Below are positions 11,600 through 25,104 of a stretch of DNA of 64,000 bases, in pieces. How positions within the stretch are numbered: position 1 is the first letter of the stretch; the number at the start of each line of letters is the position of its first letter. A program made the position numbers and the translations under genes. Under the pieces are notes generated by a model. The model searched no databases. It had not been told where the DNA came from and saw nothing but the letters and a program-made list of their open reading frames with translations. Origin of the DNA: the human T2T-CHM13v2.0 reference genome, Homo sapiens; NCBI RefSeq assembly GCF_009914755.1, contig NC_060929.1. One strand, 5' to 3'.

Positions 11600-14500
11600 A
11601 TTTTTGTTTTTAGTTTTTAAATACATGCTGTTTAATTTCCATGTATTTGTATAGTCTTGGGAGTTCCTCTTGGTATTTATTTCTAGCTTTTTTCCACTGT
11701 GGTCTGAGAAGATACTTGATATGATTTTGATTTATTAAAATGTGTTAAGACTTGTTTTGTAGCCTAACGTGTGGTCTGTCTTGAAAAATGTTCCATGTGC
11801 TTATGAAAACAGTGCATATTCTGTAATTATTGCATAGAATGTTCTGTAAATGTCTGTTAAGTCCATTTGGTCTAAAATCCAATGTAAGTTCAATGTTTCT
11901 TTGTTAATTTTTTGTCTTGATGATCTGTCTAGTGCTATGAGTGGGGTATTAAAGTCCCCTATTATTATTGTATTGCTGTCTATTTCTTTAGGTCTAGTAG
12001 TATTTGTTTCATGAATTTGGATGCTTTGATATTGGGTGCATATATATATAGGATTGTTATATTCACTTGCTGAATCTATCCTTTATCATTGCATAATGAC
12101 CTTTGTCATTTTTACTATTTTTGACTTAAAGTTTGATTTGTCTGATATAACTAGAGTGACTCTTGATCACTTTGGTGTTCCATTTGAGTGTAATGTCTTT
12201 TTCTATCCATGTACTTTCCATCTATATGTGTCTTTATGGATAAGGTAAGTTTCTTGAAGCAGCATATAATTGATTGATGTTTTTATCCATGCTGCCAATC
12301 TGTATCTTTTAAGTGAAGCATTTAATCCATTTACCTTCAAGGTTAATATTGATATATGAGGCTTTGTTCCTGTCATATTATTGATTGTTTTCAAGTTGTT
12401 TCATAAATTATTTGTTTCCATCTTTTTCATTGTCTTTTTGTTTTGTGATTTGATGAAAATTCTGTCATGTCCCCATTTGATTTCTTTCTCATCCTCGTTG
12501 TGTGATTGTTTTATATGAATTTTGGGTTTTATATTTTTTTTTTATGTGGCTTTTATTGTAAATATTGACCTTTCATTCCCATGTTTGAGACTCCTTTAGA
12601 CATTTCCTGTAGGACCAGTTTTCTGGTGACAAAATCCCCCAGCATTTTCTTGTCTGGGAAGGACTTTATTTCTCCATTATTATGAAGTTTATTCTGGCAG
12701 TATACAAAATTCTTGGCAGATAATTTTTTTCTATTAGCACTTTGAAAGTGCCATCTCATTCTCTTTGAGCCTGTAAAGTTTCTGCTGAAAGTTTCCTGTT
12801 AGTCTAACTAACAGGGTTTTCTTTATAGGTGACTAGATGTTTTTCTCTTGCTAATTTTCAAATTCTTTCTTTCACTTTGACTTTAGATATTCTGAACTCT
12901 ATATGCTGTGGTGAGGACCTTTTTACAATGTGTTTGTCTGAAAATTGCTGTGCCTCCTCTATCTTGATGTCTAACTCTCTTGATAGACAGGGAATTTTCA
13001 TTGATTATTTTTTTAGATATATATTCTAAACTATTTGATCTCTTTCTTTCTCCTTGGAATGTAAGTTTGGTCACTTTATGTAGTCCCAGATGTCACAAAG
13101 GATTTGTTCATTTTTTAAAATACTTTTTTTTTATTTTTGTCTTGCTGGATTGTGTCAAAAGACCTGTCTTCTTCAAGTTCTGAGATTGTTTCTTCCACTT
13201 GGTCTAGTATATTGTTGAAGCTGTCAAATGTATTTTGTATTTCCCTCAATGAATTTTTTACTTTCAGAATTTCTGCTTTTTTTTTTCTTTTCTCTAAGAT
13301 ATCTGTCTCTTTGGTAAGTTTCTCATTCGCATCCTGGATTGATTTTCCTAATTTCTTTATATCGTTTTTCTGATTTCTCTTGCATCTCACTGAGCTTCTT
13401 TAAAATCACTATTATGAGTTTTTTACCTGGCATTTTGTGGAATACTTTTTGACTGGAATCTGTTGCTGGACAATTGTTGTGGTCCTTTGATGGTATCATA
13501 TTTCCTTGCTTTTTCATGTTTCTGTGAACTTATGTTGATATTTGTACATCTGGTATAGCTGTCACTTGTTCCATTTTTTTTTTCAAATTGCTTTAGTAGG
13601 GATAATTTTTTTCCTGAGGATGTATATATCTGTTGTTGAGTAAGACACTTTGGCCTTGATTTTGGATAGTTGCCGTAGTGTGATATTTGCGTGAGTTCTT
13701 TGGCAGTGGTCAGTGGTCTCTGTGATTTCCTTGGTGGTTTAGAAAATGGTTATTAGTTCAGGTTGTGGTGAAATTCAGCTGGGGACTTCGATGTCAAGTG
13801 AGCCAGTCTTTGGGCTCCAGTGGTGGCAGTAGTGGTGCGAGTATGCCTGTTTTTAGGCTCAGAGAAGCTTACCCTGCCTCCCATGTTAGTGGGTACTAGA
13901 TAGCTAATTCCTGACCCTCCAGGTGACTTGCTTAGGAGCTTGTAGTGGGAGTGGTGGACCCTGTGTGTGAGTGGGTTCTTAGGCTCCTGGACAGCTGATG
14001 TGGTGTGGGTGGGTGATGGCTGTAGCAGCTGTGGAGCAATGCACTGGGACCCAAGCAGTCTGGGTTGGTGGTGTTAGAAGCTGCAATGAATTCGTGGGCT
14101 AATCCTAAATCCCACAGCTGCCCATAGTAGGTGGCAGGTATTGTTCTAAGTGTGCTTAGGAGGGCTTGGTCTCCTTTATCCCTCCACTAACCCACTAATA
14201 ATAAGTGGGTTATTAATAATAATAATAATAATGATAATAACTATAAGAGGGTAGTGGCTGCAGCTGCCTCATCTCAAACATGGTCCAAGAGTGGGGCATA
14301 GCCCAGTGTTAAGCTCTCAAAATGGTGACAGCTGTGGGTTTTGTAATCAGAATGGGTGAGGCCCATCTCAGGTGCACAGCATGAGGAAGAAGCTGTGGCA
14401 AGAAACTGTGGAGAGTGCAATCCACTCAAGTGTTGGTTTCCTAGCAACCTAGAGCAGGGAGGTGAATATTGTACTAGGTATGCTTAGGAGAATGTGGCTG

Positions 14501-15235
14501 CCCTGTCCCTCCTTCACCAAGCAATGGCTGTGGCCATGTCAAGTTGAATTCATCATGAGGGCACAGTGCAGCCCAGTGTTAAACTCTCAAAATGGCAACT
14601 TGGGCCTGGCACCAGAGAAGGTGGGGTCCCTCTCAGGCAAGCAGCATGGCCAAGAAGCTGTGGGGAGTGTGGTCTGGTTGCATCTCAGTCTCATGGCAGC
14701 CTGTTGCATGGCTGTGGGTCTTGTCCTAGATATGCATAGGATAGCCTGGTTTCCCTGTCTGTCCTTGGCTGTGTGACAGCTGCAGCCTTGTCAGCCCAAT
14801 CTCAGACTGAGGTCAAGGCACCACTCAGCATTGAACTCTCAAAATTTTGCCTTGGGTATGTTACCAGAAAGGGCAGGTCCCTCCCAGGCAAGCAGCATGG
14901 GCAAGAAGCTGTGGGGAGTGTGATGCTCATGTCTCAGTCTCAACGACAGCCTGGAGCAGGGTGGCAGGGACCATCCGAGGGATGTGTGGGGGCACCTGTT
15001 CTCTTCCTGCCTCCGTGGAGGAATGCAGCAGCTGCAGCCCTGTCTGTAGACTCCCTAGTAGCTGGGCTGTCAAAGTGGTGCCCAGCTGCGGCTGCTCCAG
15101 GGTTGGATGCCTGTGGGATTCTGTGTGGGTTCCCTTTCTGGAGCAACATCTCTGTGCAATCTTTTGGCAGCTCTGTATGCCAGGCATAAGGATCTAGTGG
15201 GCTGAGGGTTTCTCTCACAGCCGAGATCATTAAAA
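11600..15235 (-). mobile_element. L1MA-type LINE 5' half: 5'UTR, ORF1 and ORF2 endonuclease (all disrupted)
   Basis: ORF2 start peptide MTGTKPHISILTLKVNGLNASLKRYRLAAWIK (12203-12394 ORF). ORF1 peptides GEIKSFPDKKMLGDFVT and EIQNTFDSFNNILDQVEETISELEEDRSF. GC-richer 5'UTR at about 13560-15235. Confidence 0.9.
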
Positions 15236-15419
15236 CCCATTTTTAATTTTAATCATTTTCAACATAAGACTTTACCTATATTTACTTTCCTTTTTATTGT
15301 GAGAGTTCTATAAAATTACCTTGTCTCTGTGAATTCTTGGTATTTCATGATATTCAGTTTTAACCCCAAAACACTGAAGAATCCTGGTTTTGTTAAATAC
15401 CATAGCACTTCATGCCTAA

Positions 15420-15807
<388 letters not shown>

Positions 15808-16321
15808 GCTTCATGCCTAATATTAAAGCACAAATATCAGATGTTGTATATCAAATAAGAAAGAGACATTATTTACCTTTCTTATTTATTTTCAGAGAGC
15901 TCTAATAGGGTCCAAACTCTAGAATCATCCTTATTTAACAAAGAAATTCCAATTTTGGCTGTGAAGGAAAGCCATTACACATTTGCCCTGCCATTCAAGG
16001 TTATTTTGCTAGTGAAAGATGCTGTGGAGCAGTGAATAGAGGATGGAGGAAAGTTTGAAAGGTTTTTATTTTTTGGCTCTTTTGGATTTAATTCTGTTTT
16101 ATTATTAGGTCTCTAATATTAAATATCTAATTGTATTTTAATATTATGTCTCTTTTGCTGATTATGGTGATTCAATTCTTATAATACATTGAAAGTTACC
16201 ATTTAAAGTCCACTGTGATAGGACAAGTCTAAAGTCTAAAGTTCTTATGTGACAGGACAAGATTCTAATGTCCTGATGTTCCTTGCGGGATGCTCACAAT
16301 CTCATCTAAATTTCTCATTTT

Positions 16322-17321
16322 ACTCAAAGAAAATCTTCATTTTTTTTAGATTTACTTAGGGAATTTGAATTTTCATCAGTGCAAATATAAATTTATCCTT
16401 CTCTGAGGCTAATTGGTACCATATTTTCCCTTTGTGTCTTGTCACTCTGCCACATCCCATCTCATCCTGACCTTTGAGTCAAGGACCTAGTGAACTGACT
16501 TTCTAGTTCTAGAAGTTCTGCTGCAAGGCCAGGAAAGCTTGAGAAAGATATTGTGGAAGAAGCAAAGGTGGACCTCATCCCTGGGCCTATGAATGATGAC
16601 AGCATCTGACATTCTGCACCAGCTACATCTGCCTCAATGGCAGAGAAAAGGCCATAAGAACAGTGGAGGAAGAGCATGGACTCAGACTTCAAGGAAGAAG
16701 TGATTTTCCCAGTGCTTCCTTCTGTACCTCACCACACCCTAGTTACATATAACTCCATTGAACAGCATCTATTCAGAAACTATACCGAATAAAGACTGGT
16801 GGAACGGATCACATGGGTAGCAACTATGAAACATAAATAGGACACACAGTTACAAACATTATCTCCTTTAGTTCTGCAGAAAATGAATCCCTGATTTCAT
16901 TCATTTCAAGCTTAAAAGCTCAGCCATATTACTCTAGTGCCTACCAAACTACTTTAGAAAGTCATTTCCATTTTGTGATATGTAGAAGTACAGACTTCAG
17001 GAAGTTCACCTTTAACTTTAGCATTCTAGATGAAGTTTCCGGACTCAGTGCTTTTGCATAAGGAACTAGAAAAAATAAAAGTGGTAAGGAAAATCAGAGA
17101 TGCTAACATCCTCCCCCATCCCAACTGCACCTTAAAATATGCGTGTCACCTTCAAGGTTTTAAAATTGCACTGTTTATGTCCACATTAAAATTAATGCTA
17201 CATTTAAGGAAAATAAAATTGTTTGCTTCTATGTAATTCCTGTCATTCTGCAGGAAATTCACTTTTCCAGCTACTGAAGAGAATGTTTAACAACCTCAAT
17301 AAAAAATAAAAAATAAAAAAA
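16322..17321 (+). pseudogene. 5'-truncated retrocopy of a cellular RNA, probably an mRNA 3' UTR (parent unidentified)
   Basis: About 1 kb of non-TE-like sequence ending in the A-rich tail AATAAAAAATAAAAAATAAAAAAA. It is flanked by the exact 15-bp direct repeat TAAATTTCTCATTTT (16307-16321 and 17322-17336). Confidence 0.75.
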
Positions 17322-17336
17322 TAAATTTCTCATTTT

Positions 17337-17430
17337 GCGTATTCAGACCCGGAAAAGCCAAGTGACTTGTCCAGAATCAGATCTCTTGCCTTGAAGTTTA
17401 GAGACCTTTTTAGCTCACAGTGCTGCCTCC
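17337..17430 (-). mobile_element. MIR fragment (host of the retrocopy insertion)
   Basis: CTCATTTT...AAGTGACTTGTCC...CACAGTGCTGCCTC are antisense MIR motifs. Confidence 0.5.
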
Positions 17431-17639
17431 TAGAAGTAACTTCTTCTGATGTAAACACAGTACTTGGTGGTTACCACTTCTTTTCCTCTTCCTGGATTTC
17501 CTAGACTCCCATGACAAACAAATAGAAGTGAAAATGAGTATGAAAGTTCTTCATGTTTCACCTTTCTTTACACAGCATACTCAGTAGCCACTTTTAGTTT
17601 TTGGAAATGGCCGTGTCACATTATGGTGACACCACCATT

Positions 17640-17808
17640 ATGGTGGAGCCTCTAAAAGCCCATGTGGCTTTGTGGAGTAGAGATGTAAATTGGCCTGACT
17701 GATTTTAGACATGTAAGTTGGGAAAAATATACTTTGTTTTGTTAATCCACTGAGATTTGGGGTTCAATTTGTTACCATAGCATAATATAACATGTCCTTA
17801 TTAATACA
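17640..17808 (+). mobile_element. MLT1 (ERVL-MaLR) LTR 3' part
   Basis: TTTGTTTTGTTAATCCACTGAGATTTGGGG...TTTGTTACCATAGCATAA...TTAATACA is the MLT1 3' terminus. Confidence 0.75.
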
Positions 17809-19229
17809 ATTTCCAAAACGTAGTAAAGGTCACATCAAGACATTATAGCATAAGAGACTCACTTTTCAAACAATATGCTGAATATTTGAATAATGAGGAG
17901 AGCTAAGAGAACATAGCATCTATTCAGCCAGCTGAATGAAAAGCAAGAAGCAAGCTTAAATGAAGGCAAAAGCTTTGGGAGGAATCTTCAGTTTTTCTTT
18001 GTCTTTTTTTTTTCTAATTCAATAAGTCACTCCTGTGTTTTGGTCAAACACTGTCTGTCTTTGTGTATAGGCAGAATTGACTAAATTCTAGTTGCTGTGC
18101 AACACAAACTGCTAATAGGACATACGTTTAAACTTGAGGTTCCATCTTATAAAAAATATTTTCAAACGCATTTGTGAATAGTCTGGTAAAATCACACAGT
18201 GTGAAAGACACTGAGGATATTAAGTTTACTGGGCTACTTTACAGTGGATTCTAATGGCACTAAAGTATTTATCAGTAATCTGATTTTTTAATATGCTGCC
18301 TAGTCATTTTTGTGTTACATTAATTTTATTTTGTCTTTTTTGGATCATTCCCATGCCACTTAGAGTGCACTGGGTTGTGGCCTAATTGCCTTATTATGCA
18401 GTATTAAATAACCTATAAAACAGAATAGAAGTGCGAATTAAAAAGAATGAGCTTTCATCACTGTAGGTGGTATAGAAGAGCAAAACAATAGAATTAGGAC
18501 AAATGTAAATGAAATATTAAGCAGAACATGTCACTAGTATAAAGAGCTTTCAGAAGACTTTTTTCTCCCCAGAAGGAAACCAAAAAATGGGCCTTCGGGA
18601 GCTTATTTAAACCCAAATGCAGTGAATAATTAAATATGTTTTCACCTAAGGCTACAACATCTTTATTTAGCAGACAATACTTCTTTCTCAGTATTTTACT
18701 GACTTAAAATGTTCAGACTCTGCTGTCTTTAGCATATTAAAAACCATAAGTGATGAAATCTTTTTTAAGATTACTTAAGTCATTTCTTTTCAAAGGAATA
18801 GAATAGATGGCAGACGGCATGAAAAGGACAGATTTATCCTGTTACTTTTTGAAAATAGGATAGTTATTGTGCTAAATGGTACCAAATAATAATTTTCTAC
18901 TCTAGATGTTCTTTACATTCCATTCAAGGAAAGACTTCAAGTCCAAAGTTCATAAAAATTGATGTAGTTCTAAATGCTAGTTAGCAGGATTTTATTTTTC
19001 CCGTCTTTGATTGTGTGTGTGTTCTTTAATTTGGTTGTTAGTTTTTATTTTTGTTTTTACAAAGTAAAATATGTCTAAAAGACTACTTAAATTCAATATG
19101 AAATAGGAATATTCTTTATATATTTGCTAGCCTGGCTAACCAAGCTACCTGTTACTGTGACTTCAGCTATCATTTCCAAATACATTAAGTCCTACATAGT
19201 ATCTAGAGCTCTTAAACATTTCCTTCTTC

Positions 19230-20232
19230 TTCTGGGATTACCTCCTAATCTCCAGCCCCATCTCAGAGTGTTTCCATTTGCTAGTTAAGACGCACCTAAA
19301 TTCCACATATCCCAAATTCCTCCAGCAGAAGCTCCTGAATCCATGATTTCTGTTAGCGACATCATCTTCTCTATCTCAGCTCTGCATCTCCAAATCCTCC
19401 TTTTCCTTTATTTCTCTTTCTTCTCATATTTTTTTCAGCATGAAATCCAGGTCATTTTTTTTCCCCTGTGAATTTCTCTCAAATACCTCTTTTCTCTTCC
19501 CATGATCACTCTCGTTAGCCTTTCCAGACCCTCAGAATAGCTCACCAACACTGTGGTGGTGTCACCTTTACTGGTCTCCTTTTCTTTCTCCCCTGACTCC
19601 AGTTCATCATCCACACAGTCAGAGCAGCCTTCCTGAAATACCCATCTCGTCATGGTTTATGCCTGTGGAATACCCTGGTACTTCTTTTTTTTTTTGTCCA
19701 GGGAGTAGATTAAAATGGTCACAGTCTCAGACTCAAGTATTTACAAAGGTCTAGCCCCACTCTGTGTTTTCAGTTGCACCTGTGTTACTTCTCAACAAGT
19801 CATTCCTCCCCAGCCAAGCTAATCGATTGACTAGCCTGCAAAATCATATTTCCTCTTTCTCATGTTGAGCCTTTTCTCCGTATTTCTCAGACTTAGAATT
19901 CCCTATTCTGTGCCCCCTACAAAGGACTTAGTGTATATTTAGAACACTCTTTCTTTTTATAGACTCTTTATTCAACATGTATGTAGTGTGCATCTACAGT
20001 GGATCATATCTCTGAAGCTGTTATCGATGGGAGCTGAGGGAAGTGTCTTTGTGATGAACTCCCTAATGACTAGTTCTTGTTTTGGGGTGTATTAGAACAC
20101 TGGACCGTCAAACACCCTCTCACAATAACTGCTCTCTGAGCATATAGAGAACTTCATGTTGTTCATTTTATTCTCCCCTGACAGTGTCTCTAGAGAAAAT
20201 AGGTTCCCAGTGCATTTTTGTTGATGAATAAA
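19230..20232 (+). mobile_element. L2 LINE 3' fragments
   Basis: Pyrimidine-rich L2 motifs (TCCACACAGTCAGAGCAGCCTTCCTGAAATAC) and an L2-like tail ...TTTTGTTGATGAATAAA. Confidence 0.65.
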
Positions 20233-21448
20233 CTGTACCTTGGACAAAATCTTATCCTTCTGAGATGCAGTCTCCTCATTTGTGAAAGGAAGAATAGAAA
20301 ATGGTATATCGCTGAGCAAATGCCATTGTTCAGGTCATCGCACACATGTATTTTCTTTGTCCATACCTGGTTGGCTAACTTTTAATACCCATACCTAGTA
20401 TATTACATGATCTTTGCAGAAAGACCTGTAAATTTTCAGTAGATGTGTGTAACTTGATTTTCAGCATCTTAAGCATTTTTATTATAGATCTTATTTGGGC
20501 AAATTATTGTCTTCCATTCTCCCTTTTAAATCATTGTAGGAATTTTTTTCTTGTCCTTGAAAGAAAGGCAATCGAGACCATTTCTAATACACTGCATCTG
20601 TCTCAGAATTACTTTCAGGAGCATTAAGTTAACTTACTTGCACCTCTTGAGGGCAGTTTTAGGAAAGAAAACATTAGACTCTTTCTTAAATGATATTCAT
20701 CTCTCCAGTAATACCTAGTACACCAAAGTTGTCCAGCCCTTTACATGCCGAGAGACATGTTGGCACAGAGTAGGGTTGTCTTATCACAGAGAATTAAAGT
20801 GATAGCAAATACAGTCAATAAAGTAAAAGTCCCATCTCCGTCACAGTGACTTAAATATGTGTAAAACTCAGAAGAGGCTGTTGTGGCAGTGCACTTCAGA
20901 ACTAAATGCCACAGTGGGAACACAGTAGGTAGGTTGTGACTGGCACTGGGTTCTAGGCATTTTTATGCCAGATATTGAGTCTCTGCATATTAGCATTACC
21001 ATGAGCTCAGGAATTAAAACACAAGAATGAATTCACAATTATGTTGGTAAGCTAAAACATATTCATTTCTCTCATACATGACAGAAAGTCAAGCATATAT
21101 ACAAATCAGTGCCTCTACAAATTCAAGATTTCTAACTTCATTTGGATCCTGAAATTGAACGGAGTGTAATTGTGGCTACTTTATCTCCCACTCTTAGCGG
21201 TAATCAGTCCAGACTGTCATCCCTTGCCTGTTTCCCTCTATTTCTCACTCTCAGCAGATGATTTTATTTTTAACTTCACAGAGGGAATAGAGGCCACTAT
21301 GTGGGGTGATTCTGTTAAATTCCAACTTTCCCTCCACTCTATGCTAATGCTGACATCTTTCATTCCTGTTTAAGGGGATGAGGGTGGTGCCCAATTCCAG
21401 GTTGGCTACTTGGCTCTGTAGTGTATCTATCAACCCATCTGTCTTTAG

Positions 21449-21575
21449 AACAGTAGATCTCAACTCAGGCTGTGCATTAGGATAACCTGGGATGCTTTTA
21501 TACGAAGCTGACACTGAGACCCCACCTTTGGCTAATGAAATCAGAATCTCTGGGGTGAAGCTCAGGTATATGATT
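21449..21575. mobile_element. MER5A (hAT-Charlie)
   Basis: CAGTAGATCTCAACTCAGGCTGTGCATTAGGATAACCTGGG...AATCAGAATCTCTGGGGTG. Confidence 0.75.
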
Positions 21576-21983
21576 CTATGAAAAATGAGGCTTTACAAAC
21601 CAGTCCTCAGCCTAAAAAATCCACTAGGGTAAGCATCTTGTTTGTGTGTTCAAAACCGTTCCACTTAATACGCTGCAGGGCACCTGACTCAGAGTCAATG
21701 CTTGATGTGTATTTTTATCTCACTCTATCACCAACCTCTTCTCATCCACTGGCTCCTTATCCTCAGGAGACTTACATGACCTCTCAACAACATCTTCTCT
21801 CAACTACTATGTTCTCTCTCTTTCCTTCACAGTCTCTCCCAGTCATTATTTCAGTTTTGAAAACTGGCTTCTACTCTCACTTCTCCACTAATACTGCTTT
21901 CATCTGAGGCCTCCATGATCACATTCACTCCTTATCTTTCTTAGCCTTTTGCTTCTCTTGATACACTGTTGGTGACTTCTGCC

Positions 21984-22150
21984 TTTTTTTTTTTTGAGAC
22001 AGGGTCTCGCTCTGTTGCCCAGGCTGGAGTGCAGTGGCACAATCCTGGCTCACTGCAGCCTCACACTCCTGGCCTCAAGGGATCCTCCCGCCTCAGCCTC
22101 CTGAATAGCTGACTGCAGGCATGCACCACCACACCTGGCTAATTTTTAAT
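21984..22150 (-). mobile_element. AluJ right arm / FRAM-like monomer
   Basis: GAGACAGGGTCTCGCTC...GCAGCCTC...CTCAAGGGATCCTCCCGCC. TGCCTTTT occurs on both flanks. Confidence 0.9.
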
Positions 22151-22776
22151 TTTTGCCTTTTAAGACTCTCCTGCTCCCTTGTCTCCAGGGTCATCATTAG
22201 ATTTGCTTCTTCCTCATGTCTCCCTTACTAGTTCCCCTTCCTCTGCTTGCTCCTTAAATGTCACTATTCCTTTGAATTCCATTTCCTTTTCTTCTTACTC
22301 TTCATCTCCTTTTTAAAGCATTTTCATTGGTTTTGGAGCTTCTTTGAAAATATTGTGAAATCCGTGGACCCTTTCTCCAGGAAAATAAAATTTGGATATA
22401 AACCAAAAAGTTGGCACCTGATTTCAGTAGGTTTGTGGACTGCTGTTGTATTTCATGTGTATCAACAGGACACATGTAATTAAACCTAAGAAAACTGGAA
22501 AAAATTATAGGATCAATGGCAAAAGTTCCTGAGGAATGAGGATGTGGGTTTATAAAAAGTCTTGACATCATAATTGTATGAAGACATTATACTTATCAAG
22601 TTAAATATAGAAACTTTATATCCAGGATTCCAAAAAAGCTAACTGCTAAAATCTCTGTTCAGCTTTCTTTCTCCTAAAATTATAAGATTTCCCTATAAAC
22701 CCAGATGCGTATTGCTGAAATATGAAATGTCACATCTAATTTCTGATCTCATGTGGACTCATTCTCTAACTTAAAT

Positions 22777-23411
22777 ACATTCATTCCTCATTATTCACAG
22801 ATTCCTTATTTGTGAATTCACCTACTCACTAAAATTTTTATTATCCTAAAATCATTTTTTTTCAGTGCTTTCATTATTGTTCATAGACAGGTGGAGAGCA
22901 GCAAAAAATTTGAGTTGCCTCATGTGCGTGTTCCTAGCTGGGGTCAAACAAGGTGAGGTTTTGCTTCTTTTTTCAGCTTTTATACTGTAAACAAGTAGTC
23001 TTTTCACAGGATGGTTAGTAGCATAGTTTTTGCATTTTTGTGCTTTTTGTTGGTGATTTTGCTGTCTAAACTGGCTCCCAAGCCTAGTGTTCCTAAGGGC
23101 TAGAAGGCTGTGATATGCCTTATGGAGAAAATATTTGTGTTGGATAAGCTTCATTCAGGCATGAGTTCTAGTGCTATTTTCTTGAGTTTAATGTTAATGA
23201 ATCAATAATGTATATTACATAAAGATTCTTTAAGCAGAATCACACATAATACATGGTATGTATTGAGCTGTCAAGGAAAATGTTGCAACTGGAGGCTGGT
23301 AGGAACCTAACCCTGTATTTCCCCTAGAAGCAGTGCTTCAGTAGTCACAAATTCAGTATTCATGGAGAGTTTATGAAATATAGCTGCTGCAAATAATGAG
23401 AATTCACTGTG
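22777..23411. mobile_element. MER82-like Tigger (TcMar) element
   Basis: Inverted termini TCCTCATTATTC ... AATAATGAGAATTCACTG, with internal AGGCTGTGATATGCCTTATGGAGAAAAT and GATAAGCTTCATTCAGGCATGAGT. Confidence 0.8.
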
Positions 23412-23833
23412 TATACAAGCTTGTAAAAGTAGTCTTTATGGCAAGCCAACCTTGACATAAGTAATAATCACAGAAAAATATTTCTTTTCATGTATATACC
23501 ATTGTGATTATATGTGAGTGAATTTTGCTATATATAAAACCAAAGTGTGAAAATTAATCTATAAATGCTATAGTAATTTTTAAATTTAAATTTGAGAGGC
23601 ATCTAAATACTCATCAAGCCAAATTGTAGTTATTAACGACGTTAGGAAGCACAAAGAGGTGAATAGTTTATGCCTCAATTATTAGAAATGAAATGTTCAC
23701 TGTTTTATTAGTATATACTTGACCTCAAGGGTTTAAACTATTTCTTATCTAGAAACCTAGCAGCTCATAGCTTTGTTCACTGAATGTGAGGGCCCTTCAC
23801 TCTGGCAAAACTGGAATGTTTAAGGTGTTACAG

Positions 23834-24632
23834 AACAGACACTTTTCAAGAGACATATGTGTGGCCAACAAGCATATAAAAAAAGCTCAATATCACTGAT
23901 CATTAGAGAAATGCAAATCAAAACAACAAGATACCATTTCACACCAGTCAGAATGGCATTATTAAAAAGTTAAAAAAAAACAGATGGTTGCAAGGTTGTG
24001 GAGAAAAGTGGACACTTATTCACTGTTGGTGGGAGTGTAAATTAGTTCAACCATTGTGGAAAGTAGTGTGGCGATTTCTCATAGAGATAAAAACAGAAAT
24101 ACCATTTGATCCAGCAATCCCATTACTGAGTATGTACCCAAAGGAATATAAATTGTTCTGTCATAAAAACACATGCACAAGTATGTTCACTGCAGCAATA
24201 TTTACAATAGCAAAGACATGGAACCAACCTAAATGCCCATTAATGGTGGACTGGATAAAGAAAATATGGTACATATACACCATGAAACGCTATGCAGCCA
24301 TAAAAAAGAATGAGATCGTGACCTTTGCAGAAACATGGATGGAGCTGGAGGCCATTATTCTCAGCAAACTAACACAGAAACAGAAAACCAAATACCATAT
24401 GTTCTCACTTAATAGTGGGAGCTAATTGGTGAGAATTCATGGACACAAAGAGGGGAACAACAGACTCTGGGACCTACCTGAGGGAGGAGGGTGGGAGAAG
24501 GAAGATCAAAAAGATAACTGTTGGGTAGTAGGCTTAGTACCTGGGTGATGAAATAATCTATATACCAAAACCGATGGCACGAGTTTACCTATATAACAAA
24601 CCTGTGCATGTACCCTGTATCTAAAAGTTAAA
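23834..24632 (+). mobile_element. 5'-truncated L1 (L1PA15/16-like)
   Basis: ORF 23988-24425 is the L1 ORF2 C-terminus ([14 protein letters not shown]...YHMFSL), followed by a 3'UTR. TSD AAG(G/A)TGTTACAG at 23822-23833 and 24633-24644. Confidence 0.92.
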
Positions 24633-25104
24633 AAGATGTTACAGTAATTGACACATTAAAAGATGACTTTAATGAGAGTGCTATTTTCTATATAGACAGA
24701 AAAAGGTTGCATATACCTTATTTCTATCCTTACTACTTGTAGAAATGTTCAGACTTTTATTTGGGCTCACTACTCCTCCATATTAGTAACTCCATTTGTG
24801 GTTGGTTTCATGAATTACCTATATTTTAATTCAATTAAAATTTATATTAAAATAAGTATTAAAATATTTCCTTTATATTAAAGTATAACAACACTTTATA
24901 CTATTAAAATATTATATATTTTATTATATGAGCATGTACTTATTACATTTATTAAATATATGTTAAGTGTATATCTTATACTTAATTCGATAACTATGTC
25001 AGTCATAATGCCAATGAAGAAGAAACATTTGGTGAAACCACTTAAAAATTTTTTGTCAGCTCTTATTTTCATTCAAATATTAATCTTGTTTTCTTTATTC
25101 TAAA

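Larger units (their letters stand above)
21200..22290 (+). mobile_element. L2 LINE fragments, interrupted by MER5A and an Alu arm
   Basis: CTCTCAGCAGATGATTTTATTTTTAACTTCACAGAGGGAATAGAGGCCA and CTGGCTTCTACTCTCACTTCTCCACTAATACTGCT. Confidence 0.6.

Noticed and set aside
14462-15230. Cluster of 86-138 aa ORFs, some antisense to the L1 5'UTR (ORF0-like idea)
   Set aside because: They are explained by the higher GC and tandem units of an old L1 5'UTR. I see no resemblance to primate L1PA ORF0.
16462-16692. 76-aa ORF in the retrocopy
   Set aside because: It is antisense to the A-tail orientation, has a non-ATG start and shows no recognisable homology.
24820-24990. Extremely AT-rich quasi-palindromic tract
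   Set aside because: It is low-complexity sequence with no long perfect arms, as expected by chance at this composition.
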